Shown: positions 41,650 through 54,768 of the stretch, piece by piece
How positions within the stretch are numbered: the stretch's first letter is position 1
Layout of the letters: every line of letters begins with the position of its first letter
Source: an uncultured Nitrospiraceae bacterium
GTDB lineage: Bacteria > Nitrospirota > Thermodesulfovibrionia > Thermodesulfovibrionales > Dissulfurispiraceae
Direction: 5' to 3'
DNA: 64,000 nt
Assembly: GCA_963727805.1 (NCBI GenBank)
Contig: CAVSHF010000003.1
Span: 736,001 to 800,000 of the forward strand
Made by a program: the position numbers and the translations under genes
Notes under the pieces: generated by a model
What the model saw: only the letters and a program-made list of their open reading frames with translations
What the model was told of the DNA's origin: nothing
The model's database searches: none

Positions 41650-42873
41650 TTACTCTCCAATCACCTGCCCGAACGGAATCCAGGTTTTGCCGTTGAACTT
41701 GATCAAAAACAACTCTTTGATTGGTTGATAATCGGTCGGACTTGTCGTTATTCTGATTCCGGGACGGAGCATCCCGAGCTCCAGATCTAGACTTGCAGCC
41801 TGCTTAATCACGTTCGCGCGGGTCAGATTGTCACCGCACTGCTTCAGCACTTCAACCAGCGCCTGCGCACGTTCGTAGCCAGCCACGTTGTTTTGATCTC
41901 TAATACTTGCCTGAGGATTGTATTTGTTCATCCAGTCGAGAAACTCGCGCACTGCTGGGTCTTGGCGTGCTTGCATATGCGTCCAACCCTTAGAGCGTGC
42001 GTTCGAGATTATTCCAACGGCTTTATCGAGGCCAGCGGGATCTAGGAAAGCAGCAATCGAGAGGGATGCGTTGGGAATGAATTGCTGTGGATGCCAGCCG
42101 ATGTCGTAGGCTATGCGAATCGCTTGGGTAGCAAACTTCCCCCATGCCAGGTTAATAAAAATATCGGCGCCAGAACTTTTTAGCGCCACGATATGCGAAG
42201 TGAGGTCTGCATCAGTATACTCGTAGGGAACTTCCTTTATGATCATCGTTGACGCCATATCCCCTAGACCATCGTGTATACCGGCAAGATACTCTTTGCC
42301 CGCATTGTTGTCAGCGTAAAGTACCGCTATTTTCGTATCAAGTTTGTTTTGAAGTATATACTTCGCGTAGGACAGTCCCTCCGTCCGGTATGTAGCGAAG
42401 AACCCCATTGTCCACGGGAAATGCGTCGGATCGTCCAAAGCCGCTGAGCTACTCTGGAGGAAAAGTTGCGGCACTTTCTTGTCATTTAGGTATATGCGGA
42501 TCGCCAGGTTGCTCTCAGTACCAAAGGAACTGAAGATCAGCAAAACCTCTTCCTGTTCGACTAGCTTATGCGCCAGTTCGATAGACTTGTTAACATTAGA
42601 GCCATCATCAACGGTTACAAAGTTGATCTTGCGACCATTTATTCCGCCACGATCGTTGATCATCTGAAAGTATGCAGCCTCTGCACGCCCTACAGCTCCG
42701 TATTCTGAGAACAGACCCGTGTAAGGACTGATATTGCCGATTTTGATCTCGGCGTCCGTGGCACCTGTGTCGTATTTCTTCTGAGCCACTGCAGGTGTAG
42801 CTACGAGCGCGATTGCGAACAGCGTCGCCGCAATATTGCGAAGTATGGAAAAGTTCATGTTCACTGCCTCCAT
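41650..42873 (-). CDS. Branched-chain amino acid ABC-type substrate-binding protein (orphan)
   Basis: KKYDTGATDAEIKIG and GGINGRKI motifs. Confidence 0.85.
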   Translation of the reverse strand: MEAVNMNFSILRNIAATLFAIALVATPAVAQKKYDTGATDAEIKIGNISPYTGLFSEYGAVGRAEAAYFQMINDRGGINGRKINFVTVDDGSNVNKSIELAHKLVEQEEVLLIFSSFGTESNLAIRIYLNDKKVPQLFLQSSSAALDDPTHFPWTMGFFATYRTEGLSYAKYILQNKLDTKIAVLYADNNAGKEYLAGIHDGLGDMASTMIIKEVPYEYTDADLTSHIVALKSSGADIFINLAWGKFATQAIRIAYDIGWHPQQFIPNASLSIAAFLDPAGLDKAVGIISNARSKGWTHMQARQDPAVREFLDWMNKYNPQASIRDQNNVAGYERAQALVEVLKQCGDNLTRANVIKQAASLDLELGMLRPGIRITTSPTDYQPIKELFLIKFNGKTWIPFGQVIGE

Positions 42874-43711
42874 TCCGTAAAGACCCGCCTATGGTTGGCT
42901 TAGCCTATAGTTATCTATTGCTGAGATATTTTATAGACTGTATCGACATATAGAAATCAAGTCAAGCAATATACAAAATAGTAAATTCAATTCATGCCTC
43001 CATGAATCCATAGAAAAGATGCCACCTCTCCTCAATACAAATTGAAGCGACAATTGCCGAATGAAACAAATGGCCGGAGAGCATCGCCCGTGGCACTAAC
43101 TTTTGGGTGGTAAACCACATTTCTCAGCTATACAGATTGAGGCATGTTACGAGGAGTCAATCGACAAAGCCTCCATGAAAGTTTTTTTTGGTAATCACCA
43201 AATTCCTAATACTGGTAAAATCGATTGGTTTCAGGTGGTACCAATATTCTGAACCGACGCGACCCATACTTGATTTCCGGAAGAAAGCTTGTGTAATAAG
43301 CCATGTCCTTGCGGCAATGACTATAAGTTGTTATCAGTGGTACGTTCTAGATGTCACCAAGAAGAACCACCTTGGAGCTTGACAATCTACACAGCAGTAC
43401 GAGTTAAGAATCTGATTATGATAATTACGTTCGGAATACAACATCCCTGGTAAGATGCTGAGGTATGTATAGTAAAGTGCAGGCATTTTTCGGTAGGCTC
43501 TCGCAGAATTGATTTCCGGTAGAAAGCTCGTATCATTCGCTGCTTCCCCACAGCGATGACTTTAATTAGGAAGCTAGTCACCAGTCTCAATATGGCTGCC
43601 TCGAAGATTTGACATGCAATCGATCCTGTCATTCTTCTGCCGTGAGTGAAGGGTTCTCTCGGAAACAAGCGGCGATGCAAAGCCGACCCAGTAACGCTTT
43701 CGTGCGGAAGC

Positions 43712-43768
43712 CACCAACGCCAAGGGTCAGGCGCGCTGTAAAGCGTCGCCTGCACCCTCTTGTTAGTT
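43712..43768 (+). other. Isolated integron attC site (57 bp)
   Basis: CACCAAC...AAGGGTCAGGCG / CGCCTGCACCCTCTT...GTTAGTT: paired arms with extrahelical bases and AAC/GTT ends. Confidence 0.65.
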
Positions 43769-43820
43769 GATCGTTTTATCGCCGCCCAGTCAGAAGCTGT
43801 CGAAGACGTTTATGCTACGA

Positions 43821-46070
<2,250 letters not shown>

Positions 46071-46106
46071 TTACGCTGCCCATCTAGCTAACAAGTTATT
46101 AGCTGG

Positions 46107-46178
46107 TTAACACGAGTGCTCGTCGCTGGATATAAGAATACCAGCATCGGTGGTAGGTTCGCGGTCCTCGTCCTTCAT
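46107..46178 (-). pseudogene. N-terminal remnant of a monofunctional catalase
   Basis: AAGGAG RBS; MKDEDREPTTDAGILISSDEHSC* resembles the TTDAGIPV.SDEHSL start of heme catalases. Confidence 0.55.
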
Positions 46179-46222
46179 GGTAATAGCTCCTTCTTTGCCA
46201 GGGATGATTCTCCTTTCATCTT

Positions 46223-46241
46223 ATTTTGAATTGTTTCTAAT
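46223..46241. promoter_or_regulatory. Putative PerR/Fur box
   Basis: Imperfect AT-rich palindrome ATTTTGAATTGTTTCTAAT between the Fur-family gene and the catalase genes. Confidence 0.35.
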
Positions 46242-46337
46242 GGTGCGGATATTGATTATTATCCGCGGTCGTTTATAGTTTCTTGAAAAAGGCCTTTTGT
46301 CTTTGATAGGAAGATTGTTTTAAATATCAAAATTTAA

Positions 46338-46787
46338 TTAACCCTTATTCGGCCTGCAGTTTTTGCAGTAGCCATAATACTCGTAGCGCATGCGGTTCAT
46401 GACAAAACCAGTTTTCTGTTCCACCTGCTCTTTTAGCATGGGAATCGGCTCATCATAATTTACAATCCTCCCACACCCAAGACAGATCAAGTCGAGATGC
46501 TCTCTGACATCGCTCTCGTAGCGGTTTTCTCTATCATAAAACTCAAGCTCTTTTATTGCTCCTTCGCGCTTAAAAAGATTAAGCGTAAAGTATACAGTTG
46601 AAAGACTCACAGAAGGGACCTCCTGCCTCACCTTCTCAAAGATAGCACGTGCGCTAGAATGACTTCGGTCATTAGAGAGAACCTCAACAATAGCTAGCCG
46701 CTGACGTGTAAGCTTTAGATTGTTCTTCCTAAGCTTATCAATCAGCTTTCTTTTAATATCCTCTGATGTCGGAGTAATCTTCTTCAT
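46338..46787 (-). CDS. Fur-family regulator, probably PerR
   Basis: LTRQR, STVY, H.DLICLGC and GYCKNC motifs; upstream of katG. Confidence 0.88.
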   Translation of the reverse strand: MKKITPTSEDIKRKLIDKLRKNNLKLTRQRLAIVEVLSNDRSHSSARAIFEKVRQEVPSVSLSTVYFTLNLFKREGAIKELEFYDRENRYESDVREHLDLICLGCGRIVNYDEPIPMLKEQVEQKTGFVMNRMRYEYYGYCKNCRPNKG

Positions 46788-47191
46788 GATTTAATCCGGA
46801 ATAATTCTTGTTTAGAGTGTATTAATAAAGCTATAGCGTGTCAAGCCGCGCTGGAGAGCAAAAGCAACCTTACTTTCTTTGAAAATGAGAAGTGAATCCA
46901 TGTTTTTTAAATGCATTTACAATACATGTAAACAAAAATACTAACTACCGCATCTTAATGAGGCCAAACCGGTCTTACTCAGTAATCACAAAGTCGTCCT
47001 TGACACACTAGAGACTTTAAGCAAGCTCTAAAATATTGTGCTATAGTTGCAGAAAGATAAAAAAAGGGAATTTGCGGCGTTAAGTGTATGCCAAAACAGG
47101 GACAGCTGGAGCAGACAGAAAAACAGAATTACACTGATACAGACACGGACAGATACAGGCCGAAATTAAGCAAGGAAAGGAGGGAAACCTT

Positions 47192-47701
47192 ATGGGATAT
47201 AAAAATATGATGTTAGCTGAGTCCCGAAATGGCAATACTGAAGCAGTTAAGCAGCTTCTTGAAGCGGGCACTGATGTGAATGAAAAGAATAATCTTGGAG
47301 ATACCCCATTGATGTGGGCAGCCCGTTATGGTCACACTGAAACAGTAAAGCTCCTTCTTGAATCAAGCGCTGATGTTAATGCTAATAATAATTATGGCTG
47401 GACTGCTCTAATGTGGGCAGCCCGTTATGGCCACACTGAAACAGTAAAGTTCCTTCTCGAAAAAGGCGCAGATGTAAATAGAGAGAACCGTCATGGCAAC
47501 ACAGCACTACTGTTTGCGGCTTATGAAGGCAGTACTGAGATGGTGAAGCTACTTCTTGAAGCTGGCGCTGATGTTAACGCAACGAACGGAGAAGACGCCA
47601 GTGTATTGAGCTATGCCCATGAACTCAAGGACGAAGCCAAGCGAGAGGCGATCATAGAGATGTGTAGGGAATATAATGCTGTCGAATTGAACGGTGGTTA
47701 A
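47192..47701 (+). CDS. Ankyrin repeat protein
   Basis: Repeated GxT(P/A)LMWAA.YGH.E.VK.LLE.GADVN. Confidence 0.92.
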   Translation: MGYKNMMLAESRNGNTEAVKQLLEAGTDVNEKNNLGDTPLMWAARYGHTETVKLLLESSADVNANNNYGWTALMWAARYGHTETVKFLLEKGADVNRENRHGNTALLFAAYEGSTEMVKLLLEAGADVNATNGEDASVLSYAHELKDEAKREAIIEMCREYNAVELNGG

Positions 47702-48057
47702 ACACTTCCCGGCGAGCTTAACCACTGATGATTTCCCATCGTACTCACCGGAATTCTCATGATGTTCTCCGGTATTGATTTTAGCACTAGGAGCCGAGAA
47801 TACGCTTCTGATTGCGAATTTCGGACCATGCCGAACACTCATTTCGGAGCAAAGCGAACACCTGTTTCGGTCTGAACGCGAACACTGATATCGGAGTCAT
47901 GGCGAACACTTTTGGGTAATCCCGATATAGGTGTTCGCCATGAGACCGAAATAGAAGTGTTCAGACTACCTGACGAAATAAACATAGCCGAAGCTGGATA
48001 AATTCCACACAAATACGCCATTGTCCTTCTTCTACGAACTTTGACGAAGGAGAAGCG

Positions 48058-49596
48058 ATGGCTAATAGGGGTATATCCATGCGGATGGTTAGAGAAATCT
48101 TAAGACTGTATTATGGGCTGCATCTTGGCAAACGACAAATAAGCCGGTCCTGCAAAGTGTCGCCGAGCACAGTAGTAGATTATGTCCAGAAGGCCCAGGA
48201 TAAGGGCATTTCATGGCCACTTCCTGAGGACCTTGATGACGCAAAGCTTGAAGCTATGCTCAGTGAACGCAGTAGTCGGAAGACAGCCCTTCGTCCGCTG
48301 CCCCCAATGGAGGAGATTCATCGCGAGCTTCGCAAAAAGGGCGTCACCCTTCAACTGTTGTGGCTCGAATATAAAGAACGGCATCCTGAGGGGTATCAGT
48401 TTACGCAGTTCTGCGAGCATTATCACCGCTGGGAGAAAAACCTTGAGATAAGTTTACGGCAGGAGCATCGCGCCGGCGAGAAGATGTTCATCGACTTTGC
48501 CGGCAAAGGGATACCCATCGTCGACTCTTTCACAGGCGAGAGCACCGAAGCTCAGATCTTTGTGGCAGTCCTTGGAGCAAGCAACTATACCTATGTCGAA
48601 GCGCTCCCATCGCAGAGTCTCCCCTTCTGGATCAAGGCTCACATCAATGCTTTTGAATACTTTCACGGTGTGAGCCAAATCCTTGTCCCGGACAATATCC
48701 GAGCAGCCGTATCGAAGTCCTGCCGATACGAACCCGACCTCAACCCCGTATATCTGAGTCTGGCGCAGCACTACGGTACCGCCATTATCCCTGCACGTCC
48801 GTATAAACCAAAAGATAAGGCAAAGGTGGAAGCCGGAGTATTGCTGGTCACCCGATGGATCATTGCGGCATTGAGGAATCACACATTCTTCAGTATCGAG
48901 GAGCTTAATGCCAGCATCAGGGAACTTCTGGAACGCTTGAATACCCGGAAGTTCAGGAAACTAAACAGTACCCGCAGAGAACTCTTTGAGACCCTTGAGA
49001 GGCCGTATCTTAAGCCTTTGCCCGTTGAGCGGTATCGATACATCGACTTCAAGCGGCCAACGGTTAACATCGATTACCACGTCGACGTAGCGGATCATTA
49101 CTACAGCGTTCCTTACCAGCTTCGTGGCAAAAAGTTAGAAGCCTTCCTCACTGTCGATACGGTGGAGATCTTCCACAATAACAATCGCATTGTGACTCAT
49201 CAACGCAGCTTCAAAGCAAGAGGATATACGACCATTGCTGAGCACATGCCGAAAGCGCATCAGAAGCATCTTGAGTGGACTCCATCGAGGATCATCCACT
49301 GGGCGGAGCAGACCGGCGCTGCCACAGCAAAGCTTGTCGAGACCATCCTGACGACGCGACCGCATCCGGAGCAGGGATTCAAATCCTGCATAGGCCTGTT
49401 GAGACTCGGCAAGAAGTACTCGCCGGAGAGACTGGAAGCAGCCTCTATGCGGGCGGTCCATATCAAGGCTTATTCATACAAGAGCGTCAAGTCGATGCTT
49501 GAAACCGGATTCGACCGTACTCCGATCACCGAACAAAAGGAGGTGACCCCGCCCTTATATCATGACAATATCCGCGGTAAAGAGTACTTCAGTTGA
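48058..49596 (+). CDS. istA: IS21 transposase
   Basis: FIDFAG, VPDN and PKDKAKVE motifs. Confidence 0.95.
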   Translation: MANRGISMRMVREILRLYYGLHLGKRQISRSCKVSPSTVVDYVQKAQDKGISWPLPEDLDDAKLEAMLSERSSRKTALRPLPPMEEIHRELRKKGVTLQLLWLEYKERHPEGYQFTQFCEHYHRWEKNLEISLRQEHRAGEKMFIDFAGKGIPIVDSFTGESTEAQIFVAVLGASNYTYVEALPSQSLPFWIKAHINAFEYFHGVSQILVPDNIRAAVSKSCRYEPDLNPVYLSLAQHYGTAIIPARPYKPKDKAKVEAGVLLVTRWIIAALRNHTFFSIEELNASIRELLERLNTRKFRKLNSTRRELFETLERPYLKPLPVERYRYIDFKRPTVNIDYHVDVADHYYSVPYQLRGKKLEAFLTVDTVEIFHNNNRIVTHQRSFKARGYTTIAEHMPKAHQKHLEWTPSRIIHWAEQTGAATAKLVETILTTRPHPEQGFKSCIGLLRLGKKYSPERLEAASMRAVHIKAYSYKSVKSMLETGFDRTPITEQKEVTPPLYHDNIRGKEYFS

Positions 49597-49689
49597 AAAT
49601 CGGCTCTATGGGACAGCCAATAATCGACTAAGAGGCATCGACCAAGGGGTAAGTATACCCCACAAACATACTATAAGGAGGAGACAGCG

Positions 49690-50439
49690 TTGAATCACAC
49701 TATCGAAAAACTCTCACAGATGAAGCTCTACACAATGGCAACGGCAGTGAAGGAGCAGCTTGAAAATCCTTCCCTTAGCAAACTGAGCTTTGAGGACAGA
49801 TTCTCCATGATCATAGACCGGGAGTGGACTTCCAGGGAAGACAGAAAACTCACCAGAAGACTCAAGTCGGCACGCCTGAGGACCAATGCCACTATCGAAG
49901 ATATCGACTATCAGCACCCCAGGGGATTGGACAAGTCGGTCGTCAGATCCCTGGCTTCTTGTCAGTGGATCTCTTCTCACCATAACGTGATCATCACCGG
50001 GCCGACCGGCATCGGCAAGACTTACCTTGCTGAGGCATTTGCAAACAAAGCCTGCCGAGAAGGATTCACTGCTGTACAATACCGGTCAACAAGACTCTTT
50101 GAGGAACTGAGGATCGCAAAAGCTGACGGCAGTTTCTTCAAGGTCCTCGGAAGACTTGCAAAGACGGACCTCCTCGTCATTGACGACTGGGCCGTGGACC
50201 CACTGACCGAAGATGAGCGCGGCCACTTCCTGGAAGTCATGGAAGACAGATACGGACTGAAGGCGACAATCATTACCAGCCAGTATCCCGTCGCCAAATG
50301 GCATGATCGCATCGGAGAGCCTACAAAAGCCGACGCCATACTCGACAGGATCGTCCATAACTCACACAAGATAGCTTTGAAGGGAGAATCGATGAGAAAA
50401 ACTAAGACAAACTTGACGAAAGGCGAACGCTCTTCGTAA
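49690..50439 (+). CDS. istB: IS21 helper ATPase
   Basis: GPTGIGKT, LLVIDDW and DAILDR motifs. Confidence 0.95.
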   Translation: MNHTIEKLSQMKLYTMATAVKEQLENPSLSKLSFEDRFSMIIDREWTSREDRKLTRRLKSARLRTNATIEDIDYQHPRGLDKSVVRSLASCQWISSHHNVIITGPTGIGKTYLAEAFANKACREGFTAVQYRSTRLFEELRIAKADGSFFKVLGRLAKTDLLVIDDWAVDPLTEDERGHFLEVMEDRYGLKATIITSQYPVAKWHDRIGEPTKADAILDRIVHNSHKIALKGESMRKTKTNLTKGERSS

Positions 50440-50635
50440 GATGTTTTGGTACGGCTTCGCTATGTTTCACAAGTGTTCGCCATCCTCCGGCACGACTGTT
50501 CGCCATCACCGGAATTCGCATCTGATAGTTTTTTTCGGAATTCGACGGTCTTGCTCAGATGGCTGAGGTGCTGATTGTCAGGTGAACCCAGTTCATCAGC
50601 TTGTTAGAACCTTGATTAGTCTTCTTTGGCTTGCA

Positions 50636-51097
50636 TTAATTTCCGCTGTTTAATTTTAACCAGTTCGCATCGGCCGTCTTGATGTTACCGGGAATGTCTT
50701 TGCTCCATTTTTCATATGCAGTCATGCTGCAATTCAGATATAGTTTCCCGTCAACAATCTTCCATACTTCCGGATCGGTCTGGGCTTTCCGCGACTCGGT
50801 CAATGCCCAGGCACAATAACCGTCATATTGCGGTGCATATTTCTCAGGACTGGTCGCGAACAGATCCCTGTTCTCGCTGGTTATAAAGTACCAAGTCATG
50901 TTATGCCACTGGAAGGCAAATGAGTCTTTGCCTTTTAGGGCCTTACCGTCCTTGAAATATGCGACGGTATCGTATCCCTTTATGGCTACATCACCCATCG
51001 ATGACTCTCCGCCAGCCATGCCACCTAATCCGGTCAACAGTAATAATACAAATGAGAAACACCTTAGCGTCCAATTGGTTGCTTTCCATGATTCCAT
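50636..51097 (-). CDS. Exported YHS-domain protein
   Basis: AIKGYDTVAYF and PEKYAPQYDGYCA motifs. Confidence 0.85.
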   Translation of the reverse strand: MESWKATNWTLRCFSFVLLLLTGLGGMAGGESSMGDVAIKGYDTVAYFKDGKALKGKDSFAFQWHNMTWYFITSENRDLFATSPEKYAPQYDGYCAWALTESRKAQTDPEVWKIVDGKLYLNCSMTAYEKWSKDIPGNIKTADANWLKLNSGN

Positions 51098-51461
51098 AGC
51101 CGTAGACCTCCATGTTACAATTATTGTAACAATGTTAAGAATGTTATTAACACATTTTGTCAGATTACATCATAAGAACGCGATGTTGTCAAGCAAATTG
51201 ATGGCTAGATGAGTAAAATGCCATTCTTTCCAACTCATTACTGTTCTACATAGAATGAATACCATTGTTGTTAAATATACCACTCAAAATATACCATCAT
51301 CTGCCTTGATGCAGAATGAGACGCCTATAGCGAAAAGAACGACCCAGCAGTAAAGCGGCAATTATCTCCGCTGCAAACATTTTCGATACCACTTTTTTTT
51401 AGTGTTGCTGTTAGTGCCGGTTTCTATAGTAATATAAGTTGAAGTTCATGCGTGAGGAAGG

Positions 51462-51770
51462 ATGATAGTAATGAAGTACAAAATGATCGCAGAACAGACA
51501 CTCTTAGCCTCGATTATTTTCGACAATACTAGGTTTGCCGAGGCACATGCGATCATTGGCCCGGATGATTTTTCTCAGGACTTGCACAGAATAATCTATG
51601 AAGCAATGCTAGTTCTCGATGCGAACAATGAGTTCATCGATTACATTAATCTTTCTTATAAACTTCTCAGTCACGGGCAGATAGCAGCTTTGTCTTACCT
51701 TAAGAATTTTTGTGCCTGGCCAGTTTCGAAAGACATAGGTGGTCTTGCGGAAAACATCCTCAATAGCTGA
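51462..51770 (+). CDS. Stand-alone DnaB N-terminal-domain-like protein
   Basis: AEQTLLASI...PDDF....HRIIYEAM pattern; no helicase domain. Confidence 0.65.
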   Translation: MIVMKYKMIAEQTLLASIIFDNTRFAEAHAIIGPDDFSQDLHRIIYEAMLVLDANNEFIDYINLSYKLLSHGQIAALSYLKNFCAWPVSKDIGGLAENILNS

Positions 51771-52021
51771 TTCGGGGAATAGCTAGAGAACAGCAACATC
51801 CAGCTAGGTATTGCCCACAAAAGTCGTTACGTCAAGCACCGGAACTGGTTGTACAGATAGTCCCTTTGATAACCGAATAGTTGATTTTGACTATGCCGGA
51901 GGAGAGGTTGTAAACTCCACTGCTATTAGAGCCCCTTGACGCGCCGGCAACCACCTTCGTCATACTAGTGGAGGAGAAGGAGAAATTGAGAATTGCATAG
52001 CTATAAAATGCACTTCCGTAT

Positions 52022-53569
52022 TCAACTGGAGAACCGATTCTTTTCTTCTTGTCTCCACCTTCCAGGAAGCTTTATTATGACTGTCATCCCTTGTCTTTCC
52101 CTACTTTCAATGGTAATCTCTCCAAGATGCTCTGATACTATTTGTTTTGCCAGAGGCAATCCCATCCCAAATCTTTTTAGTTTCGTACTGTAAAAAACAT
52201 TAAATATCCTGTCCATTTCCTCCTGCTTGATGCCTGACCCTGTATCAGAGACTGTAATGATAATATAGTCACCTCTCCGAGATGACGTGATTGTTATAGT
52301 TCCTCCTGCTTGAGATGCATCGACAGCATTTTGTATAACATGAAATATTGCCACTCTCAACAGACTTTTTTGTGCGTTAACCTTTAACATCTCCTCTGAA
52401 AGATGAAGCATAACATGTATTTTCTTGTTGTCAGCCTCCTTCACAGCAACCGAAACCACACTTCTGACAATATCATTTATATCCTCGTACTTAAACAGAG
52501 ATTTTTTAGTTCGAAGCAAGTTTTCAAAATCCCCAACTATACCTTGTAACTTTTCGCACTCCGAGATTACATCATTAAGAAGTGTCAACTCCTCCTTATT
52601 GCTGAGAACTCTTTTGCAAAGAATCCCGATCATTGCTGCAGGATTCCTGACCTTATCAGCCACCGTTAATGCCATTAAGCTCATCGTTCTTTCTGTGATA
52701 ATAGTTTCAAACTCCTGATTCAGCTCCACTAGTTCAGTGTTCATATTTTCTATTAGTTGCTTGTCCTTTAAGACCTTCATGTGGATATCATATATCCTTA
52801 TGAAGAAAAGACTCAAAGATCCAACTAGGAAAAGGGCGATAAGATTAAAACTGCTACTGATTGGAGCAATATGTTGCCATGTTTGCGCATGTCCGGCTGC
52901 AAGCAGGATGTGCTTAATAATGTGGCCTATGGACCTCGAGATAGCAAAAATGACGAAGGCCGAACTAAGCCATATCATGTAATTCCATAATATGTTTGTT
53001 CTTTCTCTTTTGTGAAGCTTCAAACTCGTAATTAGGCTCATTGTGGAAAAAATGAGAAATACGACAGCGCCGCCCATCTCTACTATCAAAATTGGAAACA
53101 GCGGCAAAGTAACAGCGAGAACAATTGCAGAGTCTTTACGTTCATTCAGATGTTGTTTCAATCCTCGATGAAAAAGAAATATTGCGATATTTATCAAGAT
53201 ATAGTCGTATTTTGCAAAATAAAAGATATAATCCTTGCCGCTAATCGCGATCACTCTTGTAAAATAACTCCATCCTTCGGCAGTGCCGATCATCTTGGCT
53301 GGATCAACCCAATGTTCAGCCATTTGTCCGACAAGAACAACGATATCCCACAGGATGAAGAATATTAATGAATAAAAGAAATATCTCCACTTTGTATCTT
53401 TATATAAGAGATTTTGAACTACTGCTCCTAAAACAAGAATGCAGGATAAAAGAAAAAAGATGCGTGCCAGCTCCGTCACAAAAGTTGGAGGGTAATCATG
53501 TGAAACGAAAGCCCACACATTGGAAGGAAACACAGCAATGAGAAGGCTAGCTCCCACCAATTTCCGCAT
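52022..53569 (-). CDS. Multi-TM sensor histidine kinase-like protein (start inferred)
   Basis: Several TM helices; QNAVDA, DTGSGI and GMGL boxes; the H box reads ADKVRNP. Confidence 0.85.
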   Translation of the reverse strand: MRKLVGASLLIAVFPSNVWAFVSHDYPPTFVTELARIFFLLSCILVLGAVVQNLLYKDTKWRYFFYSLIFFILWDIVVLVGQMAEHWVDPAKMIGTAEGWSYFTRVIAISGKDYIFYFAKYDYILINIAIFLFHRGLKQHLNERKDSAIVLAVTLPLFPILIVEMGGAVVFLIFSTMSLITSLKLHKRERTNILWNYMIWLSSAFVIFAISRSIGHIIKHILLAAGHAQTWQHIAPISSSFNLIALFLVGSLSLFFIRIYDIHMKVLKDKQLIENMNTELVELNQEFETIITERTMSLMALTVADKVRNPAAMIGILCKRVLSNKEELTLLNDVISECEKLQGIVGDFENLLRTKKSLFKYEDINDIVRSVVSVAVKEADNKKIHVMLHLSEEMLKVNAQKSLLRVAIFHVIQNAVDASQAGGTITITSSRRGDYIIITVSDTGSGIKQEEMDRIFNVFYSTKLKRFGMGLPLAKQIVSEHLGEITIESRERQGMTVIIKLPGRWRQEEKNRFSS

Positions 53570-54174
53570 GCCGTCTTTTCCTTCTTTCCGTTTCATATGT
53601 GCAACCTGACCATTTAAAGTGTGAAAGCGCATGCTCCCCGCGGACTTAGCTGCGACAGGCTATCCTATGCTGTTCTGCCTTGCCGACCATTGCTTGCTAT
53701 TCTGCTATGGTCCAGCGTCGGAGACGCTGGACACAGGTGTTGCCTTCAACCGATTTCATCGTAAACTCTTTTTTGATTGTAGTCATAGATTTAAAACTAA
53801 GACTACAACTTATGTCGGTTTTTTACAATATATGGGCGAAACAGGGCTATCGCATAATAGATGCCAAACAGGCCAAAATGCCAAATTGGTCTGAAAAGAA
53901 AGTGTAGCATTAGAGAAGGATTAAGTTTATCTTAACTTGGAACGGTGGGTTTGTGCCTGAAACAAACACCTATTGCCGTCACATCGTCAAAACAGGGGCG
54001 AATCTTCCCCTGGGACTTCAGTGAACAGTGACTCAAAAAACATTGAAATTTCATAAAAAGAGGCATACAATTAATTTGCCATGAATAAAGAAGACATAGA
54101 CCATCTCATGAAGTTCGCAAGCGTATTAATGTCCACCGCAATTGAGATTATAAATATGCAGTTCGAGGATAAAA

Positions 54175-54633
54175 TCAATCTTGATCTCCAAGGTTATTAA
54201 TAACATCCTCTTGCTTTGATCCCAAGTGAAGGGCATGCCAATTGCCAAAGCCTTCCGTTGGGTTGAAATACTGACTCTCAGCTTTCTTCTGGTCTGGCGC
54301 TGATAAAGGCAATACGCCGGTAGAAATAGTCAACTCACCCACTACTTTATCAGTATAAAATACGATATGAAGAGTTGCCGAATGTCTCTTGTCGATGAAT
54401 ATTCTACCTCCCGTATCACCTTCGTCCTTTCGGAACAAGCCAGCCCCTAGTAAGCGAACAACATGAGAGTCGTTGTTAATGCCAACCGTGATTCCAGCAA
54501 AGTGCATCGGCCAACATACCGATCCTTTCGGAGAGACTTCGTCAGCTGCTGCATTGCTAGAATAGATCAGAACAAAAAATATACACAATACAGCAATCTT
54601 TCTCATTAAGATATATGGATCCCCTCTAGGCAT
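54175..54633 (-). CDS. Hypothetical exported protein (array gene, possibly truncated)
   Basis: Signal peptide MRKIAVLCIFF...AAA. Confidence 0.6.
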   Translation of the reverse strand: MPRGDPYILMRKIAVLCIFFVLIYSSNAAADEVSPKGSVCWPMHFAGITVGINNDSHVVRLLGAGLFRKDEGDTGGRIFIDKRHSATLHIVFYTDKVVGELTISTGVLPLSAPDQKKAESQYFNPTEGFGNWHALHLGSKQEDVINNLGDQD

Positions 54634-54710
54634 TAAGCACGTTTAGCTGATTACAATATAACATTTCTTTTTCATCTCTCTGCAACTAAAGCACAATTAT
54701 TAAGTGCTTT

Positions 54711-54768
54711 CTACTTATAATCGCGAGTCCGCTCGCTACGCTGCAGATGCGATGTTACGACTGGTAAT
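54711..54768. repeat. Two-box repeat, copy A
   Basis: CTACTTATAATC-N29-ATGTTAC-GACTG-GTAAT. Confidence 0.8.

Larger units (their letters stand above)
47813..50520 (+). mobile_element. IS21-family insertion sequence (2708 bp)
   Basis: Ends TGCGAATT...AATTCGCA; several internal GCGAACAC-type repeats; 6-bp target duplication TCTGAT at 47807-47812 and 50521-50526. Confidence 0.95.

Noticed and set aside
50550..50635. KLMNWVHLTIS fragment resembling IS1595 transposases
   Set aside because: Too short, with no termini or further motifs to support it.
54146..54157. GATTATAAATAT as an inverted box 1
   Set aside because: No box 2 at the 29-nt spacing and no adjacent promoter motif.
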